A stretch of 62,482 nucleotides of DNA, filler included, from Chthonomonadaceae bacterium (lineage in GTDB: Bacteria; Armatimonadota; Chthonomonadetes; Chthonomonadales; Chthonomonadaceae): assembly GCA_035650735.1 (NCBI GenBank). It is 4 parts of 4 records of this genome, joined end to end, with 100 filler letters (N's around TTAATTAATTAA, not from the genome) between each part and the next. Parts side by side here need not be neighbours in the genome. Positions count along the whole stretch, not along the records: positions 23,626 to 43,273 come from DASRGZ010000097.1; 3 more parts are not named here. One strand, written 5' to 3'. Position numbers and translations under genes: made by a program. The notes under the pieces were generated by a model that ran no database searches, had not been told where the DNA came from, and saw only the letters and a program-made list of their open reading frames with translations. Below are positions 29,516 to 39,644 of the stretch, piece by piece (the first letter of the stretch is position 1; every line of letters starts with the position of its first letter).

Positions 29516-31144
29516 ATGCCGCAATTCACCTTTAAAGCCACAGACCGCATGGGCAACACCGTCGAGGGCACGGTTGCCGCTGCCGATCCGCTGCTGGCAA
29601 ACGATCAGGTACGGCGGATGGGCTATGTGCCCGTGACCATTTTGCCGACGGGGGAGCAGGCCGCCGGAAGCGCTCCCGATACGCTGGCAACGGCCCCGCC
29701 TGTCGGCATGACGCCGGGGCAGGCCGCTGCGCCCGCGCCGTCTGGCCCGAAGCCCATTGATCTGACCCAGCCGGTCACGGAACTGCCTGCCTTTGCTAAT
29801 CCGCTGCTGGCGCCCCTGACCGGCGAAGGCAGTGAGGCTACTGCAAACATGGAGCGCATCGAGCCGTGGCAGCGCGGCGGGCCGGTGCCCCAGTCGCTGT
29901 CGCCCTTGCCTCTGCCCGGCCAGGCGGCAAGAGTGGAAGCGATACAGGAGATGCCTCCGGCAGGTGGCGCGACCTATCGCACGCCTCCGCGCCTGGAGAC
30001 CGCGCGCGGCCTGGAGCATCCCGGCATTCCCTATGGCCTCGGTGTAGCGCGGCGCGTCTCGCTATGGCAGCGGGCCAAAGAGACGCTGATCTACCCGATC
30101 TTCTCCGGCGTGGTCATCAAAGACCTGGCGCCCTTCTATCGGCAGTTCGCTACGCTCATCAACGCCGGTCTACCGCTCTATCAGGCGCTGGTCGCCCTGG
30201 AGAGCAATACGAACAACCGCAAGCTCAAAGAGATCGCGCGCGCCGGCCAGGCGCAGGTGCAGGCGGGCGGACGCTTCTCCGAGGTGATGGCGGCCTATCC
30301 CTGGATCTTCCCGCCCATGCAGATCGAGCTGGTACGCGCTGCCGAGCAGGGCGGAATGCTCGATAGGGTGCTGCTTCAGATAGCCGACTATATCGAGCAT
30401 GAGCTGGAGATACGCCGCCTGATCAGCCGGGAAACCCTCTATCCCAAGTTCGTGCTGTTCGTGGCGTTGATGATTCTGGGCAAGCCCGGCTTTGAAGGCG
30501 GCATGCCTGCCATCGCTCAGTTGGTCGTCGGCAGCATGGGCAAGCTGCCCTACACGTTCTGGAACTACCTGCAGGATACCTTCGGGTGGGGCCTGGCTAT
30601 CCTGCTTCCGCTGCTGGCCGCCGTCGTGGTCTTCCGGCTGTTCCTGTTTAACGTCAAGGGCGTGCGCGAAACCTACGATACCTTTAAGATGAGCCTGCCC
30701 GTGCTGGGCAATCTCGTGCGGCAGTTTGCCGTGGCCAAGTTTGCGCGCACGTTTGCTGCCCTCTATCGCGGCGGGTTTTCGATGGGAGCTTCGCTCCAGA
30801 TCGCGGGCGACGCCTGCGGCAATGCCGTCCTGCGCAATGCCGCGCATAAAGCCATTGCGGCGGCGGATCGCGGTGAACTGATTTCCGGGGCCTTGAGCGC
30901 TTCCGGCATCTTTCCGCGCATGACCATAGACTTGTTCCGCACCGGGGAGACCTCGGGCAACCTGGACGAGATGCTGGACAAGGCGGCCGATTTCCATGAG
31001 CAGGAGGCGCGGACAAAATCGCACCAGGCGGCCATCGCATTTGGGGTGATCGTCTTTCTGGCCGTGGCGCTGATGGTGGCCCGCGCCATCGTCGGGTTCT
31101 ATTCAGGCTATGCGGCGGGAGTGAGCGCTGCCGGTGGCGAATAG
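29516..31144 (+). CDS. GspF/PilC family protein, paralogue 2
   Basis: MPQFTFKATDRMG..VEG, FYRQFATLINAGLP, AAEQGGMLD, TGETSGNLDEMLDKAADF. Confidence 0.9.
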   Translation: MPQFTFKATDRMGNTVEGTVAAADPLLANDQVRRMGYVPVTILPTGEQAAGSAPDTLATAPPVGMTPGQAAAPAPSGPKPIDLTQPVTELPAFANPLLAPLTGEGSEATANMERIEPWQRGGPVPQSLSPLPLPGQAARVEAIQEMPPAGGATYRTPPRLETARGLEHPGIPYGLGVARRVSLWQRAKETLIYPIFSGVVIKDLAPFYRQFATLINAGLPLYQALVALESNTNNRKLKEIARAGQAQVQAGGRFSEVMAAYPWIFPPMQIELVRAAEQGGMLDRVLLQIADYIEHELEIRRLISRETLYPKFVLFVALMILGKPGFEGGMPAIAQLVVGSMGKLPYTFWNYLQDTFGWGLAILLPLLAAVVVFRLFLFNVKGVRETYDTFKMSLPVLGNLVRQFAVAKFARTFAALYRGGFSMGASLQIAGDACGNAVLRNAAHKAIAAADRGELISGALSASGIFPRMTIDLFRTGETSGNLDEMLDKAADFHEQEARTKSHQAAIAFGVIVFLAVALMVARAIVGFYSGYAAGVSAAGGE

Positions 31145-31295
31145 CAAGTTTCCATGACATTGCCCGGCGACTATTATCGTTATCATTGGCGGCGGGAGTG
31201 GCGTTCTCGGCGGCGAGTAGCAAGCCTATTTATACTATCGGGAGTCAGGGGTTCAGGCAGGCAAGGCATGGGATCGGCGAGGGAGGAGAGCGAGG

Positions 31296-32630
31296 ATGAG
31301 CGCGGCGCAGCCCAACTACTATGATACGCTTGGGCTGTCTCCCTCGGCCACGTCCGAAGAGATCAAGAAGCGGTATCGGGAACTGGCCCGCCGCTATCAC
31401 CCGGACGTGAACCCCAGCGCGGAGGCTTCCCAGAAGATCAAGCTCATCAATGAGGCGTATCACGTGCTGGGCGATCCCGACCGCCGCGCCTATTATGATG
31501 CCGAGCGCCTGCTGCGGCAAAACGCGGCAGCGCGCGCTGCCGGCTCCCCTTCGGCGGCGCCCTCCGCCCCGCCGCGCGCAGAGCGCGCCCCAGGCCCCGC
31601 GCGCCCGACCTATCCGGAAGGCCGTGCCAGCTTTAACGGGTTTGGCCGCACTCCGCCCGAGCCGCCTGCGCCGACGGTGAATCAGACGCGCCGCCCGGCC
31701 GCTGCTCCCAACAGCCCCACCCACGCCGCGAACCGCCGTGCAGCCTCTACCTACGGCAACGTGGAGCGGATGCTCTCCGAGGCGCAATTGGCGTTCATCA
31801 ACCACCGTTACCGCGAGGCCGAAAAGCTCTGCCATGAGGTGCTGCTGCGCGACCGCCGTCACGCCGTCGCCTATGAGATCCTGGGCGACATCTGCGCCCG
31901 GCGCGGCCAGCAGGACGGCGCGGCCACCTGGTATTCGTATGCCATTCAGTTCAATCCACGCAACTACAAGGTGCAGGCCAAGCTTGAGCGCCTGATGGGT
32001 GGGCGCACGCACGTCTCCGCCGGACCGACTATGACGCGCCCCACCATGCCGACCTGGCAGCCGTTTGCGGAGGGGCCGCGCCGGGAAACGAACCTGGCCC
32101 TGCTGAGCGTCATTCTGGTCGCCGCCTTCTTTGGAATGATGCTCCTCTTCTGGGAGCACCAGGGCGTGCCGGCCTTCTCGTTCCAGAACTCCCTCCCACT
32201 GATCTCCGACCTTTCGCTGCACCTGCTGGCGGCGATGGTGTTCGATGGTGTGCTCGCCGGAATACTGCTCGCCTTCTATGGGGCCATGCGCCCGATCTCG
32301 GAGGAGCTGCTGGCGCGCAACCAGACGGCGGAGGGAAAGCAAAGCGCCATCTCGCTGGGGAGCATACTGATCCTCTTCTCGGTCGTCTGGTTCTATCTGT
32401 CGCTGATCGTCTATATGGGGATCGCGGTCGCGCGCAACCGCATCTCGCCCTCCATCCTGCGCGCCTACGCGACCACCGTGATATTGACCGGAATTTTCGC
32501 CGGCCTGTATAATCCTACGGGTGCGCCCAACGGCTGGATCCAGGCGGCGATCTTTGGCGGCAACGCGGTGTTTCCCTCCGTGCTGCTGGGCTGGGCCATC
32601 GGGGATGCGATCCGCCTACAGCGCCGCTAA
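31296..32630 (+). CDS. J-domain protein with TPR repeats and a C-terminal membrane domain
   Basis: NYYDTLGL...[19 protein letters not shown]-like helices; about five TM helices. Confidence 0.88.
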   Translation: MSAAQPNYYDTLGLSPSATSEEIKKRYRELARRYHPDVNPSAEASQKIKLINEAYHVLGDPDRRAYYDAERLLRQNAAARAAGSPSAAPSAPPRAERAPGPARPTYPEGRASFNGFGRTPPEPPAPTVNQTRRPAAAPNSPTHAANRRAASTYGNVERMLSEAQLAFINHRYREAEKLCHEVLLRDRRHAVAYEILGDICARRGQQDGAATWYSYAIQFNPRNYKVQAKLERLMGGRTHVSAGPTMTRPTMPTWQPFAEGPRRETNLALLSVILVAAFFGMMLLFWEHQGVPAFSFQNSLPLISDLSLHLLAAMVFDGVLAGILLAFYGAMRPISEELLARNQTAEGKQSAISLGSILILFSVVWFYLSLIVYMGIAVARNRISPSILRAYATTVILTGIFAGLYNPTGAPNGWIQAAIFGGNAVFPSVLLGWAIGDAIRLQRR

Positions 32631-32657
32631 CTCCGCAGCCGGAAACGAGGCTGGGGG

Positions 32658-33485
32658 TTAGGTCTGTCCCCGCAGGGCGCGCAACTGCTTGATCTCCTCT
32701 TCTCCCATCTGCTCCAGACGACGCATCCAGTTGTCGCGCCGCGGGCGCAGCGTCGTGACCAGCGTTTCGGCAATGGCAATATTGCGAAACCACTTGTGAT
32801 TGGCGGGAACGACGTACCAGGGCGCATGCGGCGTCGCGCACTTATTCAGGGCATCCTCATACGCCTCCTGGTAGTCGTCCCAGAGCTCGCGTTCCTTCCA
32901 GTCCTCCGCGGAGAGCTTCCAGGCTTTGGTGGGATCTTTCTCGCGCTCACGTAGGCGCTGCTCCTGCTCGTCCTTGCTGATATGCAGGAAAAACTTGAGG
33001 ATGATGGTGCCGGAGTCAGCTAAAAGGCGCTCAAAGTGGTTGATGTACTCATAGCGGCGCTTCCAGACTTCGGGCGGCACGAGATGATGCACGCGCACGA
33101 CCAGCACGTCCTCATAGTGCGACCGGTTAAAGATGACCGTCCTGCCTTTGGCGGGCGTCTCGGCGTGGATGCGCCAGAGAAAATCGTGAGCGATCTCGGC
33201 AGGCGTCGGCACTTTGAAGGAGGCGACGCGGCAGCTCTGCGGGTTCATATAGCCCATCACGTGCCGGATCGTGCCGTCTTTGCCGGAAGTGTCCAACCCC
33301 TGAAGCACGATTAGCAGCGGCGTCTCCTGCGCGGCGAAGAGCAGGTCTTGTAATTCGGCTAGCTCCTTGCCAAGCGCCTCCGTGCGCGCCTCCGCCTCCT
33401 TGCGGTTCAGCCCGCCGTGCTCATCCGAGTCTAGCTCCTTCAGCTTGATCTTCCGGCTGCCATCCAGCCGCTCTAACAGCGCCAT
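32658..33485 (-). CDS. ppk2: Polyphosphate kinase 2 family protein (class III-like)
   Basis: [42 protein letters not shown]. Confidence 0.93.
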   Translation of the reverse strand: MALLERLDGSRKIKLKELDSDEHGGLNRKEAEARTEALGKELAELQDLLFAAQETPLLIVLQGLDTSGKDGTIRHVMGYMNPQSCRVASFKVPTPAEIAHDFLWRIHAETPAKGRTVIFNRSHYEDVLVVRVHHLVPPEVWKRRYEYINHFERLLADSGTIILKFFLHISKDEQEQRLREREKDPTKAWKLSAEDWKERELWDDYQEAYEDALNKCATPHAPWYVVPANHKWFRNIAIAETLVTTLRPRRDNWMRRLEQMGEEEIKQLRALRGQT

Positions 33486-33521
33486 TCTGTCCTCCTCAAC
33501 AAGAAAGGGAGTGATTCGGAG

Positions 33522-34337
33522 TCATTCCGTTCTCAAATCAAAAATCTCTTCCAGGGCGATGCCAACTCCATCCTCCCCGTTGCGCAGGACGGTGCGGTCG
33601 GAGGCGGCGATCACCTCCGGCTTGGCATTGCCGACGGCCACCCCCAGCCCGGCCCAGCGAACCATGGGCACATCGTTCCAGCTATCTCCGAAGGCGACGG
33701 TTTCCGCCGCGGACACGCCCAGACGGTTTGCCACCAGCTCCAGCGCCGCGCCTTTGTTGGCGTTGGGCGGCATAAACTCCAGGTACTCGTCATTGCTCTT
33801 GGTGATATAGAGACTTCCGGCAAAGCGGTCCCGGAAATAGGGCAGCAGGGCGCTGGTCGCTTGCGGCGAGTCGACGATGATGAGCTTGGTCGGACAGGTG
33901 CCGCGCAGCGCCGTGTAGAAATCGGGCAGCACCTCTACCGGCGCCAGCGTGCGCTCGTGGTAGAGCTTCATCCAGGGCGTGTAGGCAGCGGTGTAAAGGT
34001 GATCGTCGAGATAGTAATTGAGTTGGAGGTCGCGTGGGACGCAGTAGTTCATGACGATATCGGCCAGGGCGGCGGGGATACGCTCGTGCAGCCAGACTTC
34101 CCCGGTATGCGGCAGCTTGACCATCGCGCCGTTATAGGAAATGACGGGCGTATCCAGGCCAAGCTGATCCACGAAGCGCAGGGTAGCCGCGTGCATCCGG
34201 CCCGAGGCGATGAGCACAATCACGCCTTTGGCGACGGCAGCGCGCACGGCGCGGGCGTTGCGCGCCGAGATTTGATGGTCGGGGCCAAGCAGGGTATCGT
34301 CGAGGTCAATAGCGCACAGGCGGTAAGGCAGAGACAC
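33522..34337 (-). CDS. Cof-type HAD-IIB hydrolase
   Basis: AIDLDDTLL, ASGR, YNGA, NKG.AL, AFGDSWNDVPM. Confidence 0.93.
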   Translation of the reverse strand: MSLPYRLCAIDLDDTLLGPDHQISARNARAVRAAVAKGVIVLIASGRMHAATLRFVDQLGLDTPVISYNGAMVKLPHTGEVWLHERIPAALADIVMNYCVPRDLQLNYYLDDHLYTAAYTPWMKLYHERTLAPVEVLPDFYTALRGTCPTKLIIVDSPQATSALLPYFRDRFAGSLYITKSNDEYLEFMPPNANKGAALELVANRLGVSAAETVAFGDSWNDVPMVRWAGLGVAVGNAKPEVIAASDRTVLRNGEDGVGIALEEIFDLRTE

Positions 34338-34384
34338 GGAATATCCTTTCTTCGCACAGATTCACTATACTATACCCGCAGGGG

Positions 34385-35332
34385 TCATTCATGAGCTTTA
34401 CTCTCGGGGCCGAGGGGGCGCAGGAGGGTTTCGGAGAGCGTTTCGGCGCTGCTGGCGGCAGGGCGCAGCAGCTCGCCCGGATCCGACAGGGCAGGCTGCG
34501 AGGCGCGCACCAGGGTTAAGGCGTCGGGCTGGCGGGTACCCAGCGATTCGATGGCGCGGCGGGCATCGCGGGCCAGGGGATGGCGGCGGTCGGCGGCGAT
34601 AGGCTGGAGCAGCACGTAGGCGCGCGTGTCCTTGAGCAGGCGCAGGCCGTAGATCGTGGTAAGCTGCACCTGCGGGGCCGGATGCGCAAGCGCCTCGCGC
34701 AGCAAGGCAAAGGCTTCGTCCTTATTGAGCGCCAGCAGGGCATCCACTGCCGCGCGGCGCACCGCCGCCAGCGTGGCGACCGCCGGCGTCTCCGGCCACT
34801 CCGCCGTGAGCGCCAGGCGGCAGGCGCGCACATCCTCATAGAAGGGCACATGCACGGTGAGCGCGCGCCGCCACACGCCGGACGGGATGTAGCCATGCAG
34901 GGCCGCCAGCGCGTGCAGGGCATAGACGGCGACATACAGACTCCAGCACCGCGGAGCCAGCGGCAGCGTCTCCATTCGGGTCAGCGCGGTCTCCAGCGCC
35001 GCCAGCACCTTCTCGTTGCCGATCTGCTTGAGCGCGCGGCGAATATGTGGCCCGTACCAGCAGTACATGTCCCGGTCGTAGAACTGCTCCAGCAGGGCGA
35101 ACAGCCCACGCGCATCCCCCAGGTCGTAGAGTAGCCGGGCCGCCGTCACGCCGGTGCTGGACCGGCGGCGAAAGGCGGCGCGGCATAGCGCCGACCAGCA
35201 GGCGGGGCTGACCGCGCGCAGCTGCTCCTCCGCGCGCGCCCGGACGGCCTCGTCGGCATCATCCAGGCAGTTAATCGCGCGTCGAATCTGCCAGCGTGCA
35301 TAGATAGCATTCAGAAACGCGAAAGGTATCAT
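34385..35332 (-). CDS. HEAT-repeat protein with LLRP tail (paralogue 4)
   Basis: HEAT-like helices (LREALAHPAPQVQLTTIYGL..LKDTRA); tail LVRAS..LLRPA..LLRP. Confidence 0.8.
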   Translation of the reverse strand: MIPFAFLNAIYARWQIRRAINCLDDADEAVRARAEEQLRAVSPACWSALCRAAFRRRSSTGVTAARLLYDLGDARGLFALLEQFYDRDMYCWYGPHIRRALKQIGNEKVLAALETALTRMETLPLAPRCWSLYVAVYALHALAALHGYIPSGVWRRALTVHVPFYEDVRACRLALTAEWPETPAVATLAAVRRAAVDALLALNKDEAFALLREALAHPAPQVQLTTIYGLRLLKDTRAYVLLQPIAADRRHPLARDARRAIESLGTRQPDALTLVRASQPALSDPGELLRPAASSAETLSETLLRPLGPESKAHE

Positions 35333-35357
35333 GGCTTCTATTTCGCGTTGGCGGCGC

Positions 35358-36326
35358 CTATCCCTCCTGCAACGGACGAACCAGCGAGGCGGGGTCGCAC
35401 TCCAGGGCATGGGTGGCAGGCCGCAGGAGCTCTTCGGGCGGGACAAAGTTTATCGGGGCAGGCCGCAGCAGCATTACCACATCCGGGCAGCCGTCGCTCA
35501 ATATCCCCACCAGGCGGCGCGCGTCCTCGGCCACCGGACTGTCCGGGTTGCGGGCAAAACGCATCAACGGCCCGATGGCGCGCGTATCCCCCAGCAGCTC
35601 CAGGCCGTACATGGCCGTCAGCTCGACCGCCGGGCTAGGATGGACCAGGTTGCGAATCAGCAAGATATAGGCTATCTGAGGGTCTTCCTGATTGAGAATG
35701 GCTTCCACGGCGGCCTTGCGGGCCATGCAGACATGCTCCAGGCAGGGGTCGTGCGTGCCGGCCAGCACCATCCGCACCAGGCTCAGGTTCTCGCCGCCGA
35801 CGGTGCGCACGACCAGCGCGCGGCGCAGCAGGTCCCCCGGCACGGTCACGTTGAGGAAGCCCAGGATCTCCAGCGCCTGCCGGAACCGCATGATCACGCC
35901 ATACGACTCGGGCCTTTGTTCCAGGCGGGTCAGGGCAGCCGTCGCCTGGCGGATATAAAACTCCGGCCCGATGATCTGACGCACGGCGCGGCGCAGCAGC
36001 TCGCCCCCTTCCCCGTTGCGCAGATGCTGCTCGCGGGCCAAGCGCCGCAGCATCTCCGCGCCCTCCTTCTCCTCCAGGCCATAGAGCAGGATGGCGGCGC
36101 GCACTGCTAGACGTGGGGGGAACTGCAGGCGTACAGCCTGGCGCAAGAGCGGCGCGGCGCGGCGTTTGTCGGCGCGAAGATATTCCTCGGCCTTCAAGCG
36201 CACAGGCAGACAGTCGCTATCGAGGGCGCGGACGGCGGCGCGCAGGGTGCGCGGGGTATGCAGCCTGCCTTCAAGCCCGCAGAACGCGGCGACCCAATCC
36301 AGTGTCTCGGCGATCTTCTCGCGCAG
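35358..36326 (-). CDS. HEAT-repeat protein with LLRP tail (paralogue 3), probable CTG start
   Basis: AAGGAGG 7 nt before an in-frame CTG at 36326; the extension aligns with paralogue N-termini; tail LLRPA..LLRPA..LVRP. Confidence 0.78.
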   Translation of the reverse strand: MREKIAETLDWVAAFCGLEGRLHTPRTLRAAVRALDSDCLPVRLKAEEYLRADKRRAAPLLRQAVRLQFPPRLAVRAAILLYGLEEKEGAEMLRRLAREQHLRNGEGGELLRRAVRQIIGPEFYIRQATAALTRLEQRPESYGVIMRFRQALEILGFLNVTVPGDLLRRALVVRTVGGENLSLVRMVLAGTHDPCLEHVCMARKAAVEAILNQEDPQIAYILLIRNLVHPSPAVELTAMYGLELLGDTRAIGPLMRFARNPDSPVAEDARRLVGILSDGCPDVVMLLRPAPINFVPPEELLRPATHALECDPASLVRPLQEG

Positions 36327-36352
36327 GGCCGTTCCTCCTTTTCCGGCAAGGG

Positions 36353-37384
36353 TCAGGTCAACGGGCGCATCAGTATCTGAACCTCCGCGCCCCAGCGTGG
36401 GACCGGCTCCGCAGGGCGCAGCAGCTCTTCCGGGCCGGCCTCCGGTTCGGCAGCGCGCAACAGCACCAGCGGCTCAGAGAGGGACCCCGCCAGGGCTTCG
36501 ATGGCAGAGCGGGCCTCAATCGCCAGCGGATGCCCGGGCGCAAAGGCAATAGATTGCAGCCCGGGCAGCGCGCGGGGATCCCCCAGCCGCCGCAGGCCGA
36601 GAATGGCCGTATGGACGACAGAGAAATCTTCGCTCTCCAGCGCTCTCGCGAGTATGGAAAAACTGGCCGTTCTGTGTTCCGTAAGCAGCCCGCGCACCGC
36701 CTCCCAGCGCAGATAGTGCGTCAGGCTGCGCGGCAGGATGCCTTTGGTGCCACGGCGCAGCCCGGAAAGGCTCTGGCCGCCATAATGGATGGCTAGCTCC
36801 CACCAGGCGCAGGGCGACTTCCCCGGCAGCAGAAGCAGCACGCGCAGCGCGCTCAGCGCCAAGGCCAACTCCCCCAGACAGCCAGGCACCTCCCGTTCGC
36901 GGGCAGCGGCATCGAGGGCGGCGTGCAGCGCCGCGCCAACCGCCTCCCTGTCGAGTTGCTGGAGGGCGCGCACTCCCTCTTCATAGCTATCTCGTTCCAG
37001 ATAGCCATCCCGGACCGAGCGGATCAGCCACTCCTCCTCATAGCAGCGCTCCAGCACTGCCCGCACGCCCTGGCCATCGCCGAGCCGATAGAGGGCGACC
37101 GCCGCGCTGCAAGCCAGGCGAAACGAGCCGCGCAACGCCCGATACAGCAGCGGGATCGCCGCCTCTCCTCGGGCCATCAGGCAGGCTCGGGCGCGCTCTT
37201 GATCTGCCGCCGACTCGCTGCCCAGCTGCGCCAGGAGGCGCCGGTCCTGCCGCCAAGCCTGCCACCGGCACGTCAGGCGCTTCAGCAGCGGGACATGCCG
37301 GCTCCCTCCGTCGGCGCTCTCCTGCAACTCGTTGTGCGCGCCAGGGGCCGCCTGTGAGATTGTCCGCATCCAGACGCTGTTCAT
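36353..37384 (-). CDS. HEAT-repeat protein with LLRP tail (paralogue 2), start uncertain
   Basis: TAILGLRRLGDPRALP HEAT motif; tail LLRAA..LLRPA..LMRP. Confidence 0.75.
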   Translation of the reverse strand: MNSVWMRTISQAAPGAHNELQESADGGSRHVPLLKRLTCRWQAWRQDRRLLAQLGSESAADQERARACLMARGEAAIPLLYRALRGSFRLACSAAVALYRLGDGQGVRAVLERCYEEEWLIRSVRDGYLERDSYEEGVRALQQLDREAVGAALHAALDAAAREREVPGCLGELALALSALRVLLLLPGKSPCAWWELAIHYGGQSLSGLRRGTKGILPRSLTHYLRWEAVRGLLTEHRTASFSILARALESEDFSVVHTAILGLRRLGDPRALPGLQSIAFAPGHPLAIEARSAIEALAGSLSEPLVLLRAAEPEAGPEELLRPAEPVPRWGAEVQILMRPLT

Positions 37385-37429
37385 CTGCGTTGTCGCGTCC
37401 GCCTTTGCAGAGTCTTGCCAGCAAAGACA

Positions 37430-37528
37430 GCTTTTCTGTAACCAAAGTTGCGCCGCCGCGAGTAGTTCTTCATAGACATACTCACGGTAAACTCCACGCT
37501 TTCCTGTAACCAAAGTTGCGCCGCCGCG
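37430..37528. repeat. 31-bp direct repeat, two copies with one mismatch
   Basis: GCTTT(T/C)CTGTAACCAAAGTTGCGCCGCCGCG at 37430-37460 and 37498-37528. Confidence 0.85.
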
Positions 37529-37532
37529 CCGG

Positions 37533-39530
37533 TCAATCCTGCGCCTGCGTCGGCAGGATCGGCGTGTGGGCAGGCGTCGGCTCCTGCGCCGTCGGGCGCA
37601 GCAGTAAGTCGGACGAAACCTCATGCGAGTTCCCGGAAGCGGGACGCAGCAGGATATCGGGCCGCATCTCGGTTGCAGTGGAGGCGCGCAACAGCTCCAT
37701 CCTCTCGGGGTGGCGCTTCTCGATGACCGCGATCATCTCCTGGGCCATGCGCGCGAGCGGATGAGTTGTGTTCCCGGCGATAGCCTCCAGATGCGGCAGG
37801 GCGCGCACATCGCCTACACGCCCTAACCCCAGGATGGCTGTATCCTGGATCGCACGATGGGGAGCATACAGGGCCTCCAGAAACAGAGGGAAGCTGCTCT
37901 TCCCATAGAGTTGTATGAGCGCGGCAGCCGCCGCCGTGCGCACCGTATCGCCGACCTCACGCCGTTCCGAGCGCCGCTGTGGGCCGATGCCGCCTTCATA
38001 CACCAGGCTATACTTGAGGGTGTGCAGGGCGCGCAGCAGCTCCTTGCGGGCGCAGAGGGCGATGGGAGAGCCGAGGCGAGAGAGCGCGCCGATGGCCGCC
38101 ACGCAGAGGGAGAGCTGCTCCTCCGTCTCTTCTGTCCAGGTCGCCCGTTCCAGAGCGTCGAGCGCGTTGCCGAGCAGTTGGCGCAGCAGATCGGGCAGGC
38201 GTGGGTCCGGGAGCGCGCTCTCGCTCTCGTCTGTGGCGGGCGCAAACAAGCGTTCCACGGTCTCCTTCGACCGCTGCGAAAACCACTGGGACGCCTGCTG
38301 GAACGCCTGCATCACCTGCCGGTTATCCGCGCCGCTGCTCAGCAATTTGCGAAACGCATTGAGGGGCGTCTCCTGCGGGCGGTGGGCTGCAATCAGCCGG
38401 ATTATCTGCTTGCCTAGCGGCTCGCCCAGGCGCACCAGCGCGTCGGCGGCCTCGTCACGGACTTCATTATCGGCGCTGGCAAGCAGGGGCGTGAGGGTGT
38501 CACGTATCCGGGCATCATACTCGCCGGAGGGTCCGCGCTGGCCTAGAGCGCGTGCAATAGCGGCGGCCAGGTCGGGGCCGGGCCGCCGCTCCAGCAGCGC
38601 GCACAGCGGCGGCACGAGCGCAGCGTTGGGCAGGGGCGCATCCGCCAATTCTGTTACCGCCGCCAGGACCGCCGGGCCGGTGTCGCCGGAGGTCTGCGCG
38701 GTTTGCGGGTTCCAGCGGGTGACGAGCGCGAGCAGCGTTTCGCAGGCATCGTAGCGTCCGCTGTGTGCCAGCAGCCGCACGGCCTCGGGCGTGCTGCAGC
38801 CTGCGCGTATGGCGTTGGCGACGGCTTCGGCGGCATAGAAGGCATCGCCCGCCGATTCCAGGGCCTGCGGGACTTCGGCGCGCACGGTCGGGTCGAGGTC
38901 ACACAGCAGGGGGACGAGGGCGACCTGCCCCTGCCGGCTGTGGATACGCCCCAGGGCGCGGATCGCCAGGATGCGGCGTGCTTTTTCGGGATCGCGCAGC
39001 ATCCGCGCCAGATGGAGGACAGCCATCTCGCCGAAGACGGGGACGGTTTGCAGAAAGAGATCGGGGATGCGGGTTGCGCGGGCCGTCAGGGCCTCGAGGG
39101 CGCGCGGGTCGCGCAGGGCGGCCCAGACGCGGCAGATGCTCTCCATCACCCGGTTACAGTCGCTCCACTCCGGCAGGTGTTTCCAGATCTCTATGAGAGC
39201 GGTGACGGCATCCGGGGAGCCGATGGCGATCAGGGCGGCCTCCAGTTCCGGGGCCAGGGAGGGGTCGCTATTCAGCCGCCACAGCAGCGCCTCGCGCAGG
39301 GTCTCCAGGCCCTGGGGCTCGTCCAGCCAGTGGAGCACGACCGCCGCTGCAAACTGCACGCGCGGCTCATGGGCGCGGGAGACCGCAAAGTTGAGGCAGG
39401 GCAGGCTCGCGCTTCCGGCGGCACGCAGCGTCTCCATGGCGCGGGCACGCTCCGCGTCGTCCGGGGATTTCAGGTGCAGGTACGCGCGCCAGATGTGCGC
39501 TTGCTGAAGGGCGTCGTGAAGCAGTCCCAC
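37533..39530 (-). CDS. Long HEAT-repeat protein with LLRP tail (paralogue 1)
   Basis: Multiple HEAT repeats (LLCDLDPTVRAEV, LLASADNEVRDEAADAL); tail LLRAS..LLRPA..LLRP. Confidence 0.85.
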   Translation of the reverse strand: MGLLHDALQQAHIWRAYLHLKSPDDAERARAMETLRAAGSASLPCLNFAVSRAHEPRVQFAAAVVLHWLDEPQGLETLREALLWRLNSDPSLAPELEAALIAIGSPDAVTALIEIWKHLPEWSDCNRVMESICRVWAALRDPRALEALTARATRIPDLFLQTVPVFGEMAVLHLARMLRDPEKARRILAIRALGRIHSRQGQVALVPLLCDLDPTVRAEVPQALESAGDAFYAAEAVANAIRAGCSTPEAVRLLAHSGRYDACETLLALVTRWNPQTAQTSGDTGPAVLAAVTELADAPLPNAALVPPLCALLERRPGPDLAAAIARALGQRGPSGEYDARIRDTLTPLLASADNEVRDEAADALVRLGEPLGKQIIRLIAAHRPQETPLNAFRKLLSSGADNRQVMQAFQQASQWFSQRSKETVERLFAPATDESESALPDPRLPDLLRQLLGNALDALERATWTEETEEQLSLCVAAIGALSRLGSPIALCARKELLRALHTLKYSLVYEGGIGPQRRSERREVGDTVRTAAAAALIQLYGKSSFPLFLEALYAPHRAIQDTAILGLGRVGDVRALPHLEAIAGNTTHPLARMAQEMIAVIEKRHPERMELLRASTATEMRPDILLRPASGNSHEVSSDLLLRPTAQEPTPAHTPILPTQAQD

Positions 39531-39581
39531 CGTTCTTTATCTCCCGCTCCGACCTGGCCGGAACGCAGCCTCGCCACCGGT

Positions 39582-39644
39582 AAGGATGAAGGAGGAAGAA
39601 AAGCCCTTGCCCTTTGCATCCTTCCGCCTTCATACTTCATCCTT
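39582..39644. repeat. 7-bp tandem repeat with an inverted partner
   Basis: CATCCTT CCGCCTT CATACTT CATCCTT (39617-39644) facing AAGGATGAAGG. Confidence 0.55.

Noticed and set aside
37430..37528. Two-repeat mini CRISPR array
   Set aside because: Only two units, no cas genes in the window, and no typical CRISPR repeat ends.
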